Assembly (NCBI GenBank): GCA_030390025.1 | Contig: CM059432.1 | Span: 153,700,001-153,764,000 of the forward strand | Direction of reading: 5' to 3' | Source: Squalus acanthias | Taxonomy: Eukaryota | DNA length: 64,000 nucleotides | Part shown: positions 10,489-23,730 of the stretch, piece by piece | How the letters are laid out: each line of letters opens with the position of its first letter | Numbering within the stretch: the first letter of the stretch is position 1 | Position numbers and translations under genes: made by a program | The notes under the pieces: model-generated | Seen by the model: only the letters and a program-made list of their open reading frames with translations | The model's database searches: none | What the model was told of the DNA's origin: nothing

Positions 10489-12490
10489 GAGCTAAAAATT
10501 CCAGTGTGCCGAAAAGCTGCTAGTGCCAGCGCGGGCTGCAGTTAACAGCCACCCAAATTAATAGCGCAGGCAGCACTGGTATTTTGGTGTTGCCTGTTAA
10601 TTTAAATTAGCGCAGTGTTAAATTTACCATTTAAGGCTGGTTTTCGGGCGCTAGGAGGAGGCCCAAGGTAGCGTGGCCATAGCGTCCCTGGAGCAAGGCA
10701 GCGTTCTCTTAAAGGGTCATTTTAGAAAGTAGCGTTGATCCCTTAAAGGAGAATTGCCTTCTAAAATTAAAAAAATAAAAATCATTTAAAAATGAGCAGT
10801 TTTTAGCCCTTATAGCTCAACTGCCTTCTGAAAAAAAAATTAACATTAAAAAGAATTCCCAAATGGATGTCTTCAGCTCTTAAAGCTGAATTGCCTTCCA
10901 CACCTAAAAAAAAAAGGAAAAGTGTTTCATCACCAACACAAATGGGTCAGCAAGCCAGGAAGGGGCACCCAGGGTCTCGCGCGCAGCACTCCAGCTTTGT
11001 GTAGGGGGTCAACACTGAGAGAGAGGTCCTCTACCCACAGGGGACAGGAAGCCCTCCAGAAAGAAGGATGTGGGACTACATCACCGAGGCCGTCACTGTC
11101 AGCAATGTCACCCCCACCACCTGGCTCCAGTGCCCAAAGAAGCTTCATGACCTCAGACCAGTGGTCAAGGTCAGTGAATGCATCTCCAAAAGCTGTCTCC
11201 TACCAACTGCACCACTAGCCTCGCACATTGCACGACTCCCCCCCCAATCACTCACCTACCAACAATCTCTACCAAACACGAGGCACACCTCCCATTCCTA
11301 GCTTCAACTTACCTCCTTGTAGGCCATTCTTGGCAGGGGCATGGCTGAGCCCTTGACCAGCGGCGGGGCTGAACAGATACAAGATGCTGGTATCCTCATA
11401 CATTATCCTCCTTCCCGCATGCACGTCTTGCTTTCCCGTCCTCCCATCACCACAACTCCACCTTTGTGCCTTCCTCATTTCACACACCCAAGAAACCCAG
11501 CCTGCCCAGCCAGTGGCTGACCAAGAAGAGGGAGAGGAGAGTGAAGAAGAATAATAAACACCGTCACTCGATTTCACACTCCCAGCCACCAGCTCCTCTG
11601 GGTCATCCTGCAAGGCCATTTGCACTGTCCCCCACTGAAAGTCAGCAGCCTTCCACTAGCCATGCTGCAGCCACTGGGGTAGCACTGTGTGACATCAGTA
11701 GGATAGGCAAAGGCACGCACAAGACAGTCACTAAGGGAATGCATACGGGTGATGAGCTGATTTCTTGATGTTATATTGGATTGATAGATATATAAAGTTG
11801 GATTGGAAAGTTTGCTTTGTGGTGGCTTTTATTTCAGCATTGTGGCCAAGAGGACGCTGTGATGGTCAGTAACAGAGGGAAGGTAAGGTGTGGGAGAAAT
11901 GGTGAAAGGGGAATTGGGGTTGTGGTCACTGGTACCGCAGGCGGATGATTCCATCCCAGATATCCCAGCCAGAAAGAGGTTGTCTGGGTGGCAACCTTCC
12001 TTCCGCTTCCTCCTCTTCTGCATCTTCCTCCTCTTTTGCGTCTTCCTCTTCCCTCTGCGAGCAGATGCTGGAAATCTGAAATAAAAGCAGAAAATACTGG
12101 AAATACTCGGCAGTTCAGGCAGCATCTCGACCGGAGACGTGAAATCTGTTTCTCTCTCTATGGATGCCGCCTGAACTGCAGAGTATTTCCAGCATTTTAT
12201 GTCTTTTCAGAGGCCTTCCTTTACCATCCAAAGCCTTGCAAGCATCCAACAGCACTCCCAACTTTTAACATCTTTTACACCAAGCTACTACTTCAATAAA
12301 ATATCAAAAATCCAGTCCAAAAGCTTAAATACAAACTTACCTGAAAGTTGTGTGTGTCCCTTTAAGTAGCGCTGACAACGTCTCTGTAGGTCTGTTGCTG
12401 CTCACTTTTCTGAGCGAGCTTAGGATCCAGCATTAAAGTCAGCGTCAAGGTCCAAGTTTGCAGAGCGTGGCATCAAGTTGGCGTTGCCTC
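10489..12490. mobile_element. Non-autonomous Harbinger deletion derivative, copy 2 (right end missing), inserted in CR1
   Basis: Left end gagctaaaaatt (GGGCTAGAAATT-like); collinear with 5198-7350. Confidence 0.75.
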
Positions 12491-12990
12491 TAAAGGACCC
12501 ATGTTTGCTTTCACTAACCTCTTCCATCTGTTTTTATATTTTTTGCTGGTTTACTCTCATGTTCTATTTTCTCCCTCTTTATCAATTTCTTGGTCACCCT
12601 CTGCTGATTTTTAAAACCCTCCCAATCTTCAGGCTTACCACTCTTTTTGGCAGCATTGTAAGCTTCTTCTTTTAATCTGATGCTATCCTTAACTTCTCTA
12701 GTTAGCCATGGCTGTACCACTTTTCCGGTGGAGTTTTTAGTCCTCAAGGGACTGTACATTCGTTGAGAATTATGAATTATTTCTTTAAATGTCTGCCATT
12801 GCTTATCTAGCATCATATCTTTTAATCTAATTTCCCAATCTACCTCAGTCAACTTGCCCCTCAGACCTCCGTAATTGACTTTGTTGAAATTTAAGACCCT
12901 AGTTTCGGACTTAACCACATCACTCTCAAACTTTATATGAAATTCTATCATATTATGATCACTGTTCCTTGTTGTGAGGTTAGACTCCAA

Positions 12991-14283
12991 GGCCTGGATC
13001 TTAACCCCACCACACCTCCCCCCGATGGACAGGTAATGGTTGGCGGGGGGCTAAGATTGGGCGAGTGTAGCACCCGGCTCCAACACGCCGCATTCCCATA
13101 TGTTAAGAATGGTGACTCAGTGCAGCGACGAGGCTGTCGCTGCAGAGAGGCAAAAGCCTCATGAATAACATGCAAATCGGGGTCCCATGATGAAATTAGG
13201 ACCCCAATGTAATCTTAACTACAGCTGCACAGGAAACACGAAGGTGGGTAAACTTCGCTAGGGGAACCCAGGCAGGATTGGATCGTCACTGTGTACTGGA
13301 TGTAAAGGGGTCTTCGATGTGAATAAAGCTACAACATCCACAGGTGCTCTTTCAGTTCATTGTGGGCTGTGACCTTATAGTCAATGCTGTGTTTCTTTGG
13401 ATTTGAAGGTGTTTTCTACTAAAAAGTCGAAAAGATGCGTATGGATGCTGCTTTGACTGCACTCTATTGGAGTGAGGAGGAAGAAAAGAAGCAACAAGAG
13501 CAGAGGAATGAAGAAGAAGGAATTTCCGGAGGACCTCAGAGAAGACAGCAACAGAGGGGGCATGCATGCTGAAGGCCTTACCCACCTCACAGGGTGTGCA
13601 GTACAAGGGTCAGCTTCCTTGACCTGCCAGTACATCAGGAGACTGAGATTGTCAAGGCAGGTAGTTGCGGACCTATGCAGCCTCCTGGAAGAAGACCTGG
13701 TGCCTGCTAAACCTGGCAGCCATGCCATGCCAATAACAATGAAAGTGACAACCACCCTCAACTTTTACGACTCTGGATCCTTCCAGTCTGCCACGGGGGA
13801 CATATCGAGGATGATCCAGGCAGCCGCCCACGAATGCATCAGGCAGGTGACAGATGCTCTATTTACCAGGGCCAGCCGATACATTTCATTTTGGACTGAT
13901 GGCAGCAGTCAGACCGAGACAGCCTTGGGTTTTGCAGCTTTGGCTGGCTTCCTACAAGTGCAGAGTGTGATTGACTGCACACGTGCAGCCATCAAGCCAC
14001 CTTACAACCAGCCAGGAGCCTTTGTTAACTGCTAGGGCTTCCAGTCAATAAATGTGTAGCTTATATGTAATCACAAAAAGAAATTCATGCAAGTATGTGC
14101 CCACTACTCAGGAAGCTGCCATGATACCTTCATTTTAAGGCAATCCAATATCCCCTTCAAAGTTTCAGCCTGGGATCAATCTCAGAGGATGGTTGCTTGG
14201 GGACAAGGGACAACCCCTTCTATCATGGCTGATGACATGCCTTTGAAACCCCACGACTCCAGAGAAAAATAGATACAACAGCA
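12991..14283 (+). mobile_element. PIF/Harbinger transposon with decayed DDE_Tnp_4-type transposase
   Basis: RLRLSRQVVADLC, LNFYDSGSFQ, VIDCT, HYSGSCHDTFIL motifs; in-frame stops at about 14033 and 14057; left end ggcctggatctt. Confidence 0.88.
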
Positions 14284-15475
14284 GCCACCCTTTGTGTGTA
14301 GAAGTGTTTCCTAATATCACTCCTGAAAGGCCTGGCTCTAATTTTTAGGCTATGTCCCCTAGTCCTGGACTCCCCAATCAGCAGAAATAGTTTCTCTCTA
14401 TCAGTTCCCCTTAATATCTTGAAAATTTCGATCAATTTCACCCCTTAACCTTCTAAATTCCAGGGAATACAAACCTAGTTTGTGTAATCGCTCCTTGTAA
14501 TTTAACCCTTGGAGTCCAGGTATCATTCTGGTAAATCTACGCTGCACTCCCAACAAGGCCAATATATCCTTCCTAAGGTGTCGCGCCCAGAACTGAACAC
14601 AGAGCCAGGTGTGGTCTAACTACAGCTTTGTATAGCTGTAGCATAACTTTTACCCCCTTATATTCTAGTCCTCTAGATATAAAGGCCAGCATTCCAGTAG
14701 CCTTTTTGCTTATTTTCTGTACCTGTTCATAACATTTTAATGATCTCTGTACCTGGACCCCTAAGTCTCTTTGGACCTCCACTGTTTCTATCTTTTCACT
14801 ATTAGAAAGTACCCTGTTCTATCCTTTTTCGGTCCAAAGTGGATGACCTCACACTGGACTATATTAAAATCCATTTGCCACAGTTTTGCCCATTCACCTA
14901 ATTTATTAATATATTTGTAATTTTATGCTTCTATCTGCACTGCTAACAATGCCGCCTATCTTTGTTTCATCAGCAAACTTGGATATGTGCCTCTCTATCC
15001 CATCATTTAAGTTGTTAAAAAATACGGTAAATAGTTGAGGTCCCAACACAGATCCCTGTGGGACACCACTAGTCACATCCTGTCAATTAGAGTACCTTCC
15101 CATTATCCCTGCTCTCTGGCTCCTGCTGATCAGCCAACTTCTTAACCAGGTCAATAATTTGCCTTCAATTCCATGAGCTTCAACTTTAGATAACAGTCTC
15201 TTATGAGGGACTTTATCGAATGCCTTGTGGAAGTCCATTTAAAGAACATCCACAGACATTCCCCTGTCCACTACTTTAGTCACCTCCTCAAAAAATTCAA
15301 TCAGGTTAAAAATCCATGCTGGCTCTCTCTGGTCAGCTGAAAATTCTCACGGTGTTCAGTCACCCTATTCTTAATTAAAGACTCTAGTAATTTCCCGACA
15401 ACACATGTTAGGTTAACTGGGCTATAACTCCCTGGTTTCCCTCTCTCACCTTCCTTAAATAGCAGATTAACATGT
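14284..15475 (-). mobile_element. CR1 LINE RT fragment
   Basis: Minus-strand QRDLGV, LYKAVVRPHL and TRGHSLK remnants. Confidence 0.88.
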
Positions 15476-15778
15476 TATTTACTTTGCAAGAGATTTTTTA
15501 CTAAGGTGTTACTTGTAATAAAGTAAAACCTCATTATTCAGGCACAAAGAAGATATATACATTCATCCTCCTTTTAGTGGTGGAATTCACATCCACCACC
15601 CTGCATACTTTTTGACCCCACCACGTAACCCATAGTAACTCCAACTTATTTAATTTTGGCCTTTGTCCTCAGCTGATGTATACATATTTTTATTTAACAT
15701 AATTTATGCCCTAACAACATTTAATTTTATCCTCTGTTGCCCTTGCCCATTTGGCTACTGATAATGTACTCAGCAAAG

Positions 15779-16170
15779 GTCAGCTTGGCTCCGTTGGTAG
15801 CACTCTCACCTCTGAGTCAGCAGGTTGTAGGCTCAAGACCCACTACAGCACTTGGGCACATAATCTACGCTGATACTTCAGTGCAGTACAGAGGGAGTGT
15901 TGCAGTGCCAGAGATGCCGTCTTTTGGATGAGATGTAGAACCTGCTTAGTTGGATGGAAAGATCCCACGGCACTATTCGAAGAAGCAAAGGGAGTTCTCC
16001 CAGTGTCCTGGCCAATATTCCTCCCTTAACCAGCACCACCAAAACAGATTAACTGATCATTAATTTAATTTCCTGTTCGTGGGTCTTTGCTGTGCACCAA
16101 TTGGCTGCCTATATAACAACAGTGACTACACTTCAAAAAGTAATTCACTTGTTGCTTTGGGATATTCAAA
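15779..16170 (+). mobile_element. SacSINE1-like (DeuSINE) tRNA-derived SINE, diverged
   Basis: Collinear with the full copy at 60724-61183; tRNA-like head tggctccgttggtagc / ggctcaagaccc. Confidence 0.8.
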
Positions 16171-16788
16171 TAAGTTATTTCATCATTTTTTTTAGGTAGA
16201 CATACACCCATAGCATGTGGCTTCATTCTGTAGAAGCTACGTATGGGTGTGCATTTATATAGTTTAGCACATTGCAACACATAAACACATTAATTAGCAC
16301 TTCATTAAATCCATGTAGTGCTGCAATTAAAAGCACTGAATTTCACCATTCCTGGCACTTGACTAAAGCTAATACTATACCTTAATTAACAATTATTTCA
16401 ATTCAGTAAATGCTGCAAACATGACAACACCCTTATTGCGCAATAGGACATGCGAGGTACGCAGACACACAGCTCCTAAATCAAAATTACAAGTATAAAA
16501 ATAAATCAGAAAAACACAGCAATTATCCATTGCAATACACAATCATTAATCAATACCATGTCTTAGCACTTGGGTGTGAGATGTACTTAGAAGTGGGAGG
16601 GAGGCCCCGAATTTCGTGCTAAGAACTTGAAGGGATATCCAAAAGTACAGAGGCCAGATGGCACATTGCTTCGTCCCAGCCCACTGTAACCACCGCCTCC
16701 ACCACAGTTTTCGCTTCGCACTATGGAGGCGGCAGAGATAAGTATTAACACCACACAAACAAAAAAAGATAAAATGAATGAAATGTAC

Positions 16789-16880
16789 CTGTGGACCGGT
16801 GATGTGCATAAGGCCGGACACAGCACAGGCTACGGAGTCATAACCTGCACGCTGGGACATTGGGCCGGTTTGTCCATAAC
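16789..16880 (-). CDS. SUGCT: SUGCT internal coding exon, 92 nt
   Basis: ctctttaaattag|GTTATGGA...CCACAG|gtacat; encodes (G)[30 protein letters not shown]; phase 1 in matches the previous exon. Confidence 0.96.
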
Positions 16881-18289
16881 CTAATTTAAAGAGAAAGGGT
16901 TTGAGGTGTAAATATTAACCCACTGATAAGACAAACCCCCGTAATCCCACTTATAAATTCCAAGGATGAATATAACCAAACCACATAGCCACCAAAATTT
17001 TCACTTTCATGTCAGCTGATGTCTACAAATACATGCTTTCTCTGTTATTTTGCATTCTTATTAGCTGCCACTCCCTTCCTCCAGTGCTGGGATATTTAAA
17101 TAGCAACTCTGCCTCCTGACTTCATTTCAGGCTCCAGTTCATGATTTGAAAAAAACTTGTAATAAAAAAAGAATATGTTCACGATTTCTCTACACATAAC
17201 TTCCCCATAATATCTATCCCGCTTGGCTCGCTCCAATTTTAGCAAGCCCATGTTGAGGATTGGAAGAGAAGTTTCCATTTAAATGTCACAGTCCTAGAGA
17301 TTAACAGCGAAGCAAGAGCTGATAGAAGTTGATGGTAATAGAGGGTAAACCAGCCAGAAGTGATGCCATGAGGTTGAGTAAGGCTGGCGTAAAACACAAC
17401 CCATCTACCTTTAGCACCAAACAAAGAGATTCCTTTCTAGTCTTATATGTAAGTATTTACAGCAAGCTAAATTAGTTCTTAAGCAACATTACTTACTTAT
17501 GTAAATAGTTAGAATATATTATTCTGAAAGTTAAGAGTGCTTAATTCGATTTGTGAAACTCTCTTCAGAAGACTGAGGGGAAAGCCTGTTTGGAAACCAT
17601 TTGTATTAGATCGGACTTTCTGAACTTTAAAATAGCACAATGTTCATACATATGTACAACAAAGTCCACGCACACCATATATTTTTTTTAAATCAGATAT
17701 TTTTTCCCGTCAATTTTCTCTCCTCCTCTCTTCAAGATGTTACGGCTGATTTTCCTCAGTTGACAGGCCAAAAGAAAGGGAAAAATGGAGCAGAGACACA
17801 TTATGCCAGGTCTTTGGCCCCTTTGTATTGTCCCAGGAATTCCTGGGGTTCCCCCAAGGACAATGGAGCAGTTCCGCCCACATCGGGCACAAACATGTTA
17901 ATGAGGCAAGGTGGGGAGTAATGTAACTGGGCCTCCCGCTACATTTTCCTGTTGGATAGCTGGTTTGGATAACTATTTGGAGGGGATCCACAAAGAAGTG
18001 GGTCTTAGGTCCCTCTCAGGTTAGAGGTTTCAAGATGGGCAGGCAGCAAAAGCTGGAGCCAAGAGAAAGATTAGTACCTTCCCTTTACAGGTACTGCACA
18101 CCATCTTCAGGTTTCAGGCCTTCCGGCTGCTGTTTTTGGGAAGCAGCAAGAAAACCCCACAGCTGGTGGCCATTACCACTGCTGGGCACAGACCACTGTC
18201 GTGAGGTGTTAGGGGGGTGGGGGGGGCAGAACTGCACCAGGGGCAAATTGGGGCAATGCTAATGACCAGTACCTAGAAATAGGGGAGAG

Positions 18290-18640
18290 TTTAGGTCATG
18301 TCAGGTAGAAGACACTTTGACTAGTGCTGCATGGTTGTCAATCACCCACAGGTGCCCGGCCAAGGGCCCATTCTACATGTGTAAGCCAAGGCAATGAAGC
18401 TTGATTGGTCACAGAGGGCATCATAGTCGAAACGGATCCCATTCTCACCTGAGGCCTACACACGTGAGCTTCCAGCAGAGGTCACTGGATAAAGGGATCA
18501 GGAGCAGAAACCCTAGCTGATTTTCCCTTCTCTAACCCTGGAATACTTAGGGCACCTCTACCACTACCCTGCTAACAAATCAGGGATTAAGCCTTCATGG
18601 TAGGTATGACTTAGCTACTTACTGCCTCAGCCTATTGGAG
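18290..18640 (-). mobile_element. Old SINE-like repeat (related fragment at about 25360-25445)
   Basis: Shared motif ctgattttccc(t)tc(c)ctaaccc/ctagccc in both places; family not securely identified. Confidence 0.4.
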
Positions 18641-19099
18641 AAGCCACCATGTACCTCAGTTGAATTAACCCAGCTCTGTTAAAAGATTTCTTTGACAGAA
18701 CACAAATAGAATTCTTCCAACCAGAAAAAGTGGTAAACAGGTTAAGCTGTGATCACTTCTGCAGCAGTTTCAGGTGTGTATTGATGCAAAAGTAGCAGTA
18801 TAACTTGGGAATCAAGTTGGCTTTCTAATTTCTGAGTAGGCTGAAACAAAATTGAGAGGCCATTTCCTGGGCTAGTCTCACACTACTAGGCCTTGACACT
18901 GGGTGTTGTATAACACCAGCGCCCGGTGTGATATCTTCCCTTGGACAGGGGCTTGGAGCACGAGTCCAAGCACAGAACTCAGTTGTCACCAAGTTCAAAG
19001 CGAGGCGCAGTCAGCAATATAACTCGGATCTGCCCCAGAGCATCGTACATCCATTTGGGATCTGGTAGCTGTATGATAACCACAACATTAAAGACAGAA

Positions 19100-19245
19100 G
19101 AAAGAAAGAACTTGCATTTATATAGCGTCTTTCACGACAACAGGACGTCCCAAAGCTCTTCACAGCCAATGAAGTACTTTTGTAGTCACTGTTGTAAAGT
19201 AGAGAAGCGTGGCAACCAATTTGCACACAGCAAGGTTTGACAAAC
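19100..19245 (-). mobile_element. SacSINE1-like 3' fragment
   Basis: Reverse complement of the SINE 3' tail (aagaacttgcatttatatagcg). Confidence 0.8.
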
Positions 19246-19269
19246 AGGTAATACCTTTTCCATGTAACT

Positions 19270-21160
19270 GAAGGTGCAATGTCTTATAACTATCAAACTT
19301 CAGATTTTCTAAAAATATATTTCAGAACAGATAAGAGAAGTAAGCTTAGGGGAACATCTAAGCAATACCGATCACAGCATAATAATGTTTAACATAAATA
19401 CCAAAGCAATAAATTGAAAAAAAAAGCTGATATTAAGGGGATGAGAATGGAACTGGGGAAAGTAAACTGGAAAAATTAACTGACAAACATAGAATAGAAT
19501 GGCAGTGAGAAATATTTTTAAATGGTGATCAATAGAGACCAGGAGAAATATATCCCACTAAAAACAAGAACAAACTAACCAGTAATGACACACCATAGAT
19601 GAATAAAGAAATCAGGGCAAAATTGAAACTAAAGAAAAAAGCATACACTAAGTACATCGACAATAAGATAGAGGATGACAAAAGGGAATACAAAACGATT
19701 TATTGGAAAAGCGAATAGTGCCAGAGGACTGGCGGATAGCTAATGTGATTCCTATTTTTAAAAGGGAGATAGAACAAGTCCAGGGAACTATAGACCAAAT
19801 AGCTTAACGTCGGTGGTAGGAAAGATAATGGAATCCTTACTCAAAGATGGAATAGAAAAACATTTCAAAATTGAAAATATAATAAAGAGTAGTCATCGAT
19901 TTCAAAAGGAAAGGTCATGCTTGACCAACCTCACTGAATTTTTTGGTGAAGTAACAGAAAGGGTAGACAAGGGTAATGCAGTAGACGTAACATATTTGGA
20001 TTTTCAAAAGGCCTTTGCTAAGTTATCACCTAGTAGACTAATAACTAAGATCAGAACATGTGGAGTCAGGGGACAAGGAGCAGAATGGATAGCAAGCTGG
20101 CTACAAAACAGAAAACAGAGAGTAGAGGTTGAAGGTAGTTATTCAGACTGGCAAAAGGTGGGAAGTGGTGTTCCACAGGGATCGGTTGTTTACTATTTAC
20201 ATAAACGATTTGGACTTAGGAATCGGAAGAACTATTTCAAAATTTGCAGATAACACCAAATTGGGGGTGTAGTTAATACAGAGGAGGACTGCGACAAAAT
20301 ACTGGAAGACATTAATAAACTTGCAGAATGAGCATGTAATTGGCAAATAAACTTCAATATAAATAAGTGTGAGGTGGTACATTTTGGTAGGAAGAATAAG
20401 GAGGCCACATACTCCTTGCAAAATAAGTATCTAAATGGGGTTAGAAGAGCACAGGGATCTGGGGGTACAGATACACCAATCACTAAATGTAGTGACGCAG
20501 GTTAATAAGGCCATAAAAAAGCAAACCAAGCCCTGGGTTCATTTCTAGAGGGATAGAACTGAAAAGCTGAGAAATTATGTTAAACTTGTACAGAACCTTG
20601 GTTAGACCACACTTGGAGTACTGCGAACAGTTCTGGTCTCCATATTATAAAAAGGATATAGAGGCACCAGAGAAGGTGCAAAAAAGATTTACTAGAATGA
20701 TACAAGAACTGAGAGGTTATACCGATCAGAAAAGATTGAACAGGCTGGGGTTCTTTTCTCTAGAAAACAGAAGACTGAGGGGTGACCTGATAGAGGTCTT
20801 TATGATTATGAAAGGGTTTGATAGAGTAGACAAAGAGATGTTTCCACTTGCGGGGGAGACCAGAACTAAGGGCCACAAATATAAGATAGTCACTAATAAA
20901 TCCAATAGGGAATTCAGAAGAAACTTCTTTACCCAGAGAGTGGTTAGAATGTGGAACTCGCTACCACAGGGAGTAGATGAGGCAACTAGCATAGGTGCAT
21001 TTAAGGGGAAGCTAGATAAACACATGAGGGATAAAGGAATAGAAGGATATGGTGATGGGGTTAGATGAAGTAGGGCGGGCGGAGGCTCGTGTGGAGTGTA
21101 AACACTGGTATGGACCTGTTGGGCTGAATGGCCTGTTCCTATGCTGTAAATACTTTGTAA
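19270..21160 (+). mobile_element. CR1 LINE, internally deleted and frameshifted
   Basis: RT remnants ([33 protein letters not shown]) and 3' UTR gggctgaatggcctgttcct. Confidence 0.9.
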
Positions 21161-21282
21161 TACCAAGTAATATTTCGATTTAAATGTTTTTTGACAATTT
21201 AAAGCACTTTTTTTTAATAACAATAACAACTTAAATATGCTAAATACAAAAAGCACTCTGTCTTCAAATTTACAATTGAAAT

Positions 21283-22489
21283 CAGTATTGTCCAATAGAA
21301 ATCACTGAGTAGCTACAGCTGTGGCTACAACAACAACAACTTGTATTTATATAGCGCCTTTAACGTAGTAAAACGTCCCAAGGTGCTTCACAGGAGCGAT
21401 TATCAAACAAAATTTGACACCGAGCCACATAAGGAGATATTAGGGCAGGTGATCAAAAGCTTTGTGAAAGAGGTAGGTTTTAAGGAGCGTCTTAAAGGAG
21501 GAAAGAGAGGTAGAGAGATGGAGAGGTTTAGGGAGGGAATTCCAGAGCTTAGGGCCTAGGCAGCTGAAGGCACAACCGGCAATGGTGGCCGATTAAAATC
21601 GGGGATGTTCAAGAGGCCAGAATTGGAGGAGCGCAGATATCTTGGAGGGTTGTAGGGCTGGAGGAGATTACAGAGATAGGGAGCGGCGAGGCCATGGAGG
21701 GATTTGAAAACAAGGATGAGAATTTTAAAATTGAGGCATTGCTTAACCAGGAGCCAATGTAGGTCAGCGAGCACAGGGAAGATGGGCGAATGGGACTTGG
21801 TGCGAGTTAGGACACGGGCAACAGAGCTTTGGATGACCTCAAGTTTACGGAGAGTAGAAATTGGGAGGCTGGCCAGGAGTGCATTGGAATAGTCAAGTCT
21901 AGAGGTAACAAAGGCATGGATGAGGGTTTCAGCAGCAGATGAGTTGAGGCAGAGGCAGAGGCAGAGGCGGTGTCGGGCGATGTTACGGAGGTGTAAATAG
22001 GCAGTCTTAGTGATGGCTGGGGTATGTGGTCGGAAGCTCATCTCTGGGTCAAATATGATACCAAGGTTGCAAACAGTCTGGTTCAGCCTCGGACAGTTGC
22101 TAGCACAGGCACAGTTTTAGCCACATTCACTAATTTTTAGTAGAAAACACCTTACATACACTCACCCAATACAGATCAATTTACTTCACACGTATATTTA
22201 CTTAACATATCGACCACTATTCAGTAACCAAGGAAGTAAAGCACTCACACCGATCAAAAAACACTCACACTCTGCTTTTCTTCTTACCATTTTACCAACA
22301 AACACACAAAAAGGTTAAAGTTCACATGCACATGCTGTGAATTGAGTATGAGTATTGAGATCACATGCCCAACGACGGTGTCTGTTACTCATTTTTTATT
22401 TATTAATCAGAAATGCAATTAGCCACATCTGGATTTCTAATTAGTCACATGTGGCTAGTGGCTATTGGCTAATGTGTTGGGCAACATTG
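21283..22489. mobile_element. hAT-Charlie (MER3/MER33-like) non-autonomous element, short copy, split by an L2
   Basis: Ends cagtattgtccaata / tgttgggcaacattg; collinear with 39423-40249. Confidence 0.75.
21328..22100 (-). mobile_element. L2 LINE 3' fragment
   Basis: ETLIHAFVTSRLDYSNALL, LADLHWL motifs; (caa)n tail. Confidence 0.92.
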
Positions 22490-23084
22490 GTGTAGATTAT
22501 AGGTCAGTGTAACTTTAAGCAGATAATTGATTTTGATTCCTCCAAGCCACCTAACGGACCAATAGTGTTTCTGTAGGACTTGATTCAAAATAAAATATTA
22601 AAGAATGAAAACCAGAATGGACCAGAACTGAAGTGTAGTACTGTTCTTTCAGTAGTTATTAGTAATTAATAAACAGCTGCAGTAAAACTATTTTAACCCC
22701 ACAGGTTTTGGAACAATGACAATTTGGAAACCAATGTATAAACCAATCCACATCCACCTATTGATACTATCCATTTCTATCTAAAGACGGTGTGAGTGAA
22801 CGCATTGTCTGTCACACCTTTTTACATACAAACATTGCATCACGCTTGCACCTGGTTTGCTCAAATTTCATAAAACAGCAATCAAGTCTCAATGGAACAG
22901 GTAGGGAATATCCCAGTCAGTAAGTAGAAAACAGGAATGAAAATCACTAATAATGGATCTAGATTTCCACTTAGGCATAATTAATGGGCAGAAAATCTAC
23001 CCCACGAAGTTCAAAATCTATGCAAATAACAAACAGATACCAATATAAAAAGACGAACCAAATCAAGTTGTTCCTAAATATTAT

Positions 23085-23730
23085 AGCAAAATACTGCGGA
23101 TGCTGGAAATCTGAAATAACAACAGAAAACGCTGGAAAAACTCAGCAGGCCAGGCAGCATCCGTGGAGAGAGAAAGAGAGTTAACGTTTCAGGTCGATGA
23201 CCTTTCGTCAGAACTGGGAAGAGCCGGAAATCAAATAGATTTAAGGCCAGGGTAAAGCTGGGAAAAGGGGGAGGGGATAAAAGAACAAAGGGGGAGATGA
23301 AGAGACATTAAGAGACATTAAGAGATATGCAAGGCTAGAGGTGGTGTTAATGTGACAGATTAAGGCTGAAAGAAGTGTGAAATCCACTGGCAGAATGAAG
23401 GACAGCTGCCAGCTTCTAGGAGGAAAAAAAAGGGGGGGGGGCAAATAAAAGGGTGGAAAAAAATATATAAATGTGATTGGAGCTGAGGTTATGATCTAAA
23501 ATTGTTGAACTCGATATTGAGTCCAGAGGGCTGTAGCATGCCTAAACGAAAGATGAGGTGCTGTTCCTCGAGCTTACGCTGCGCTTCCGTGGAACAGTGT
23601 AATAGGCCGAGGACGGTGAGGTCAGAGTAGGAGTGAAGCGGTGAATTAAAGTGACAGGCGACCGGGAGCTCGGGGTCCCCCTTACGGACTGAACGGAGGT
23701 GTTCCGCAAAGCGGTCACCCAATCTGCATT
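23085..23730 (-). mobile_element. Penelope-like element 3' part: GIY-YIG endonuclease C-terminus, 3' UTR and terminal repeat
   Basis: RLGDRFAEHLRSV..VACHFNS..RKLEEQHLIFRLGMLQPSGLNIEF stop, characteristic of the PLE GIY-YIG end. Confidence 0.9.
23179..23215 (-). ncRNA. Minimal type I hammerhead ribozyme motif (Penelope-associated)
   Basis: AGUU-CUGACGA-A-AGGUC(AUC)GACCU-GAAA-CGUU-AACU: core boxes CUGANGA and GAAA, 5-bp stem II, 4-bp stem I, palindromic ACGU in place of stem III. Confidence 0.75.

Larger units (their letters stand above)
8546..12968 (-). mobile_element. CR1 LINE (about 8546-10488 and 12490-12968), interrupted
   Basis: Minus-strand RT and endonuclease remnants (MDVVYLNLQKAFDKVPH; SDHNMIEF); aagaacat tail at the left end. 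Confidence 0.9.

Noticed and set aside
13472..14272. HARBI1 host gene
   Set aside because: In-frame stops, frameshift, truncation by a CR1 and a TIR-like left end indicate a decayed transposon.
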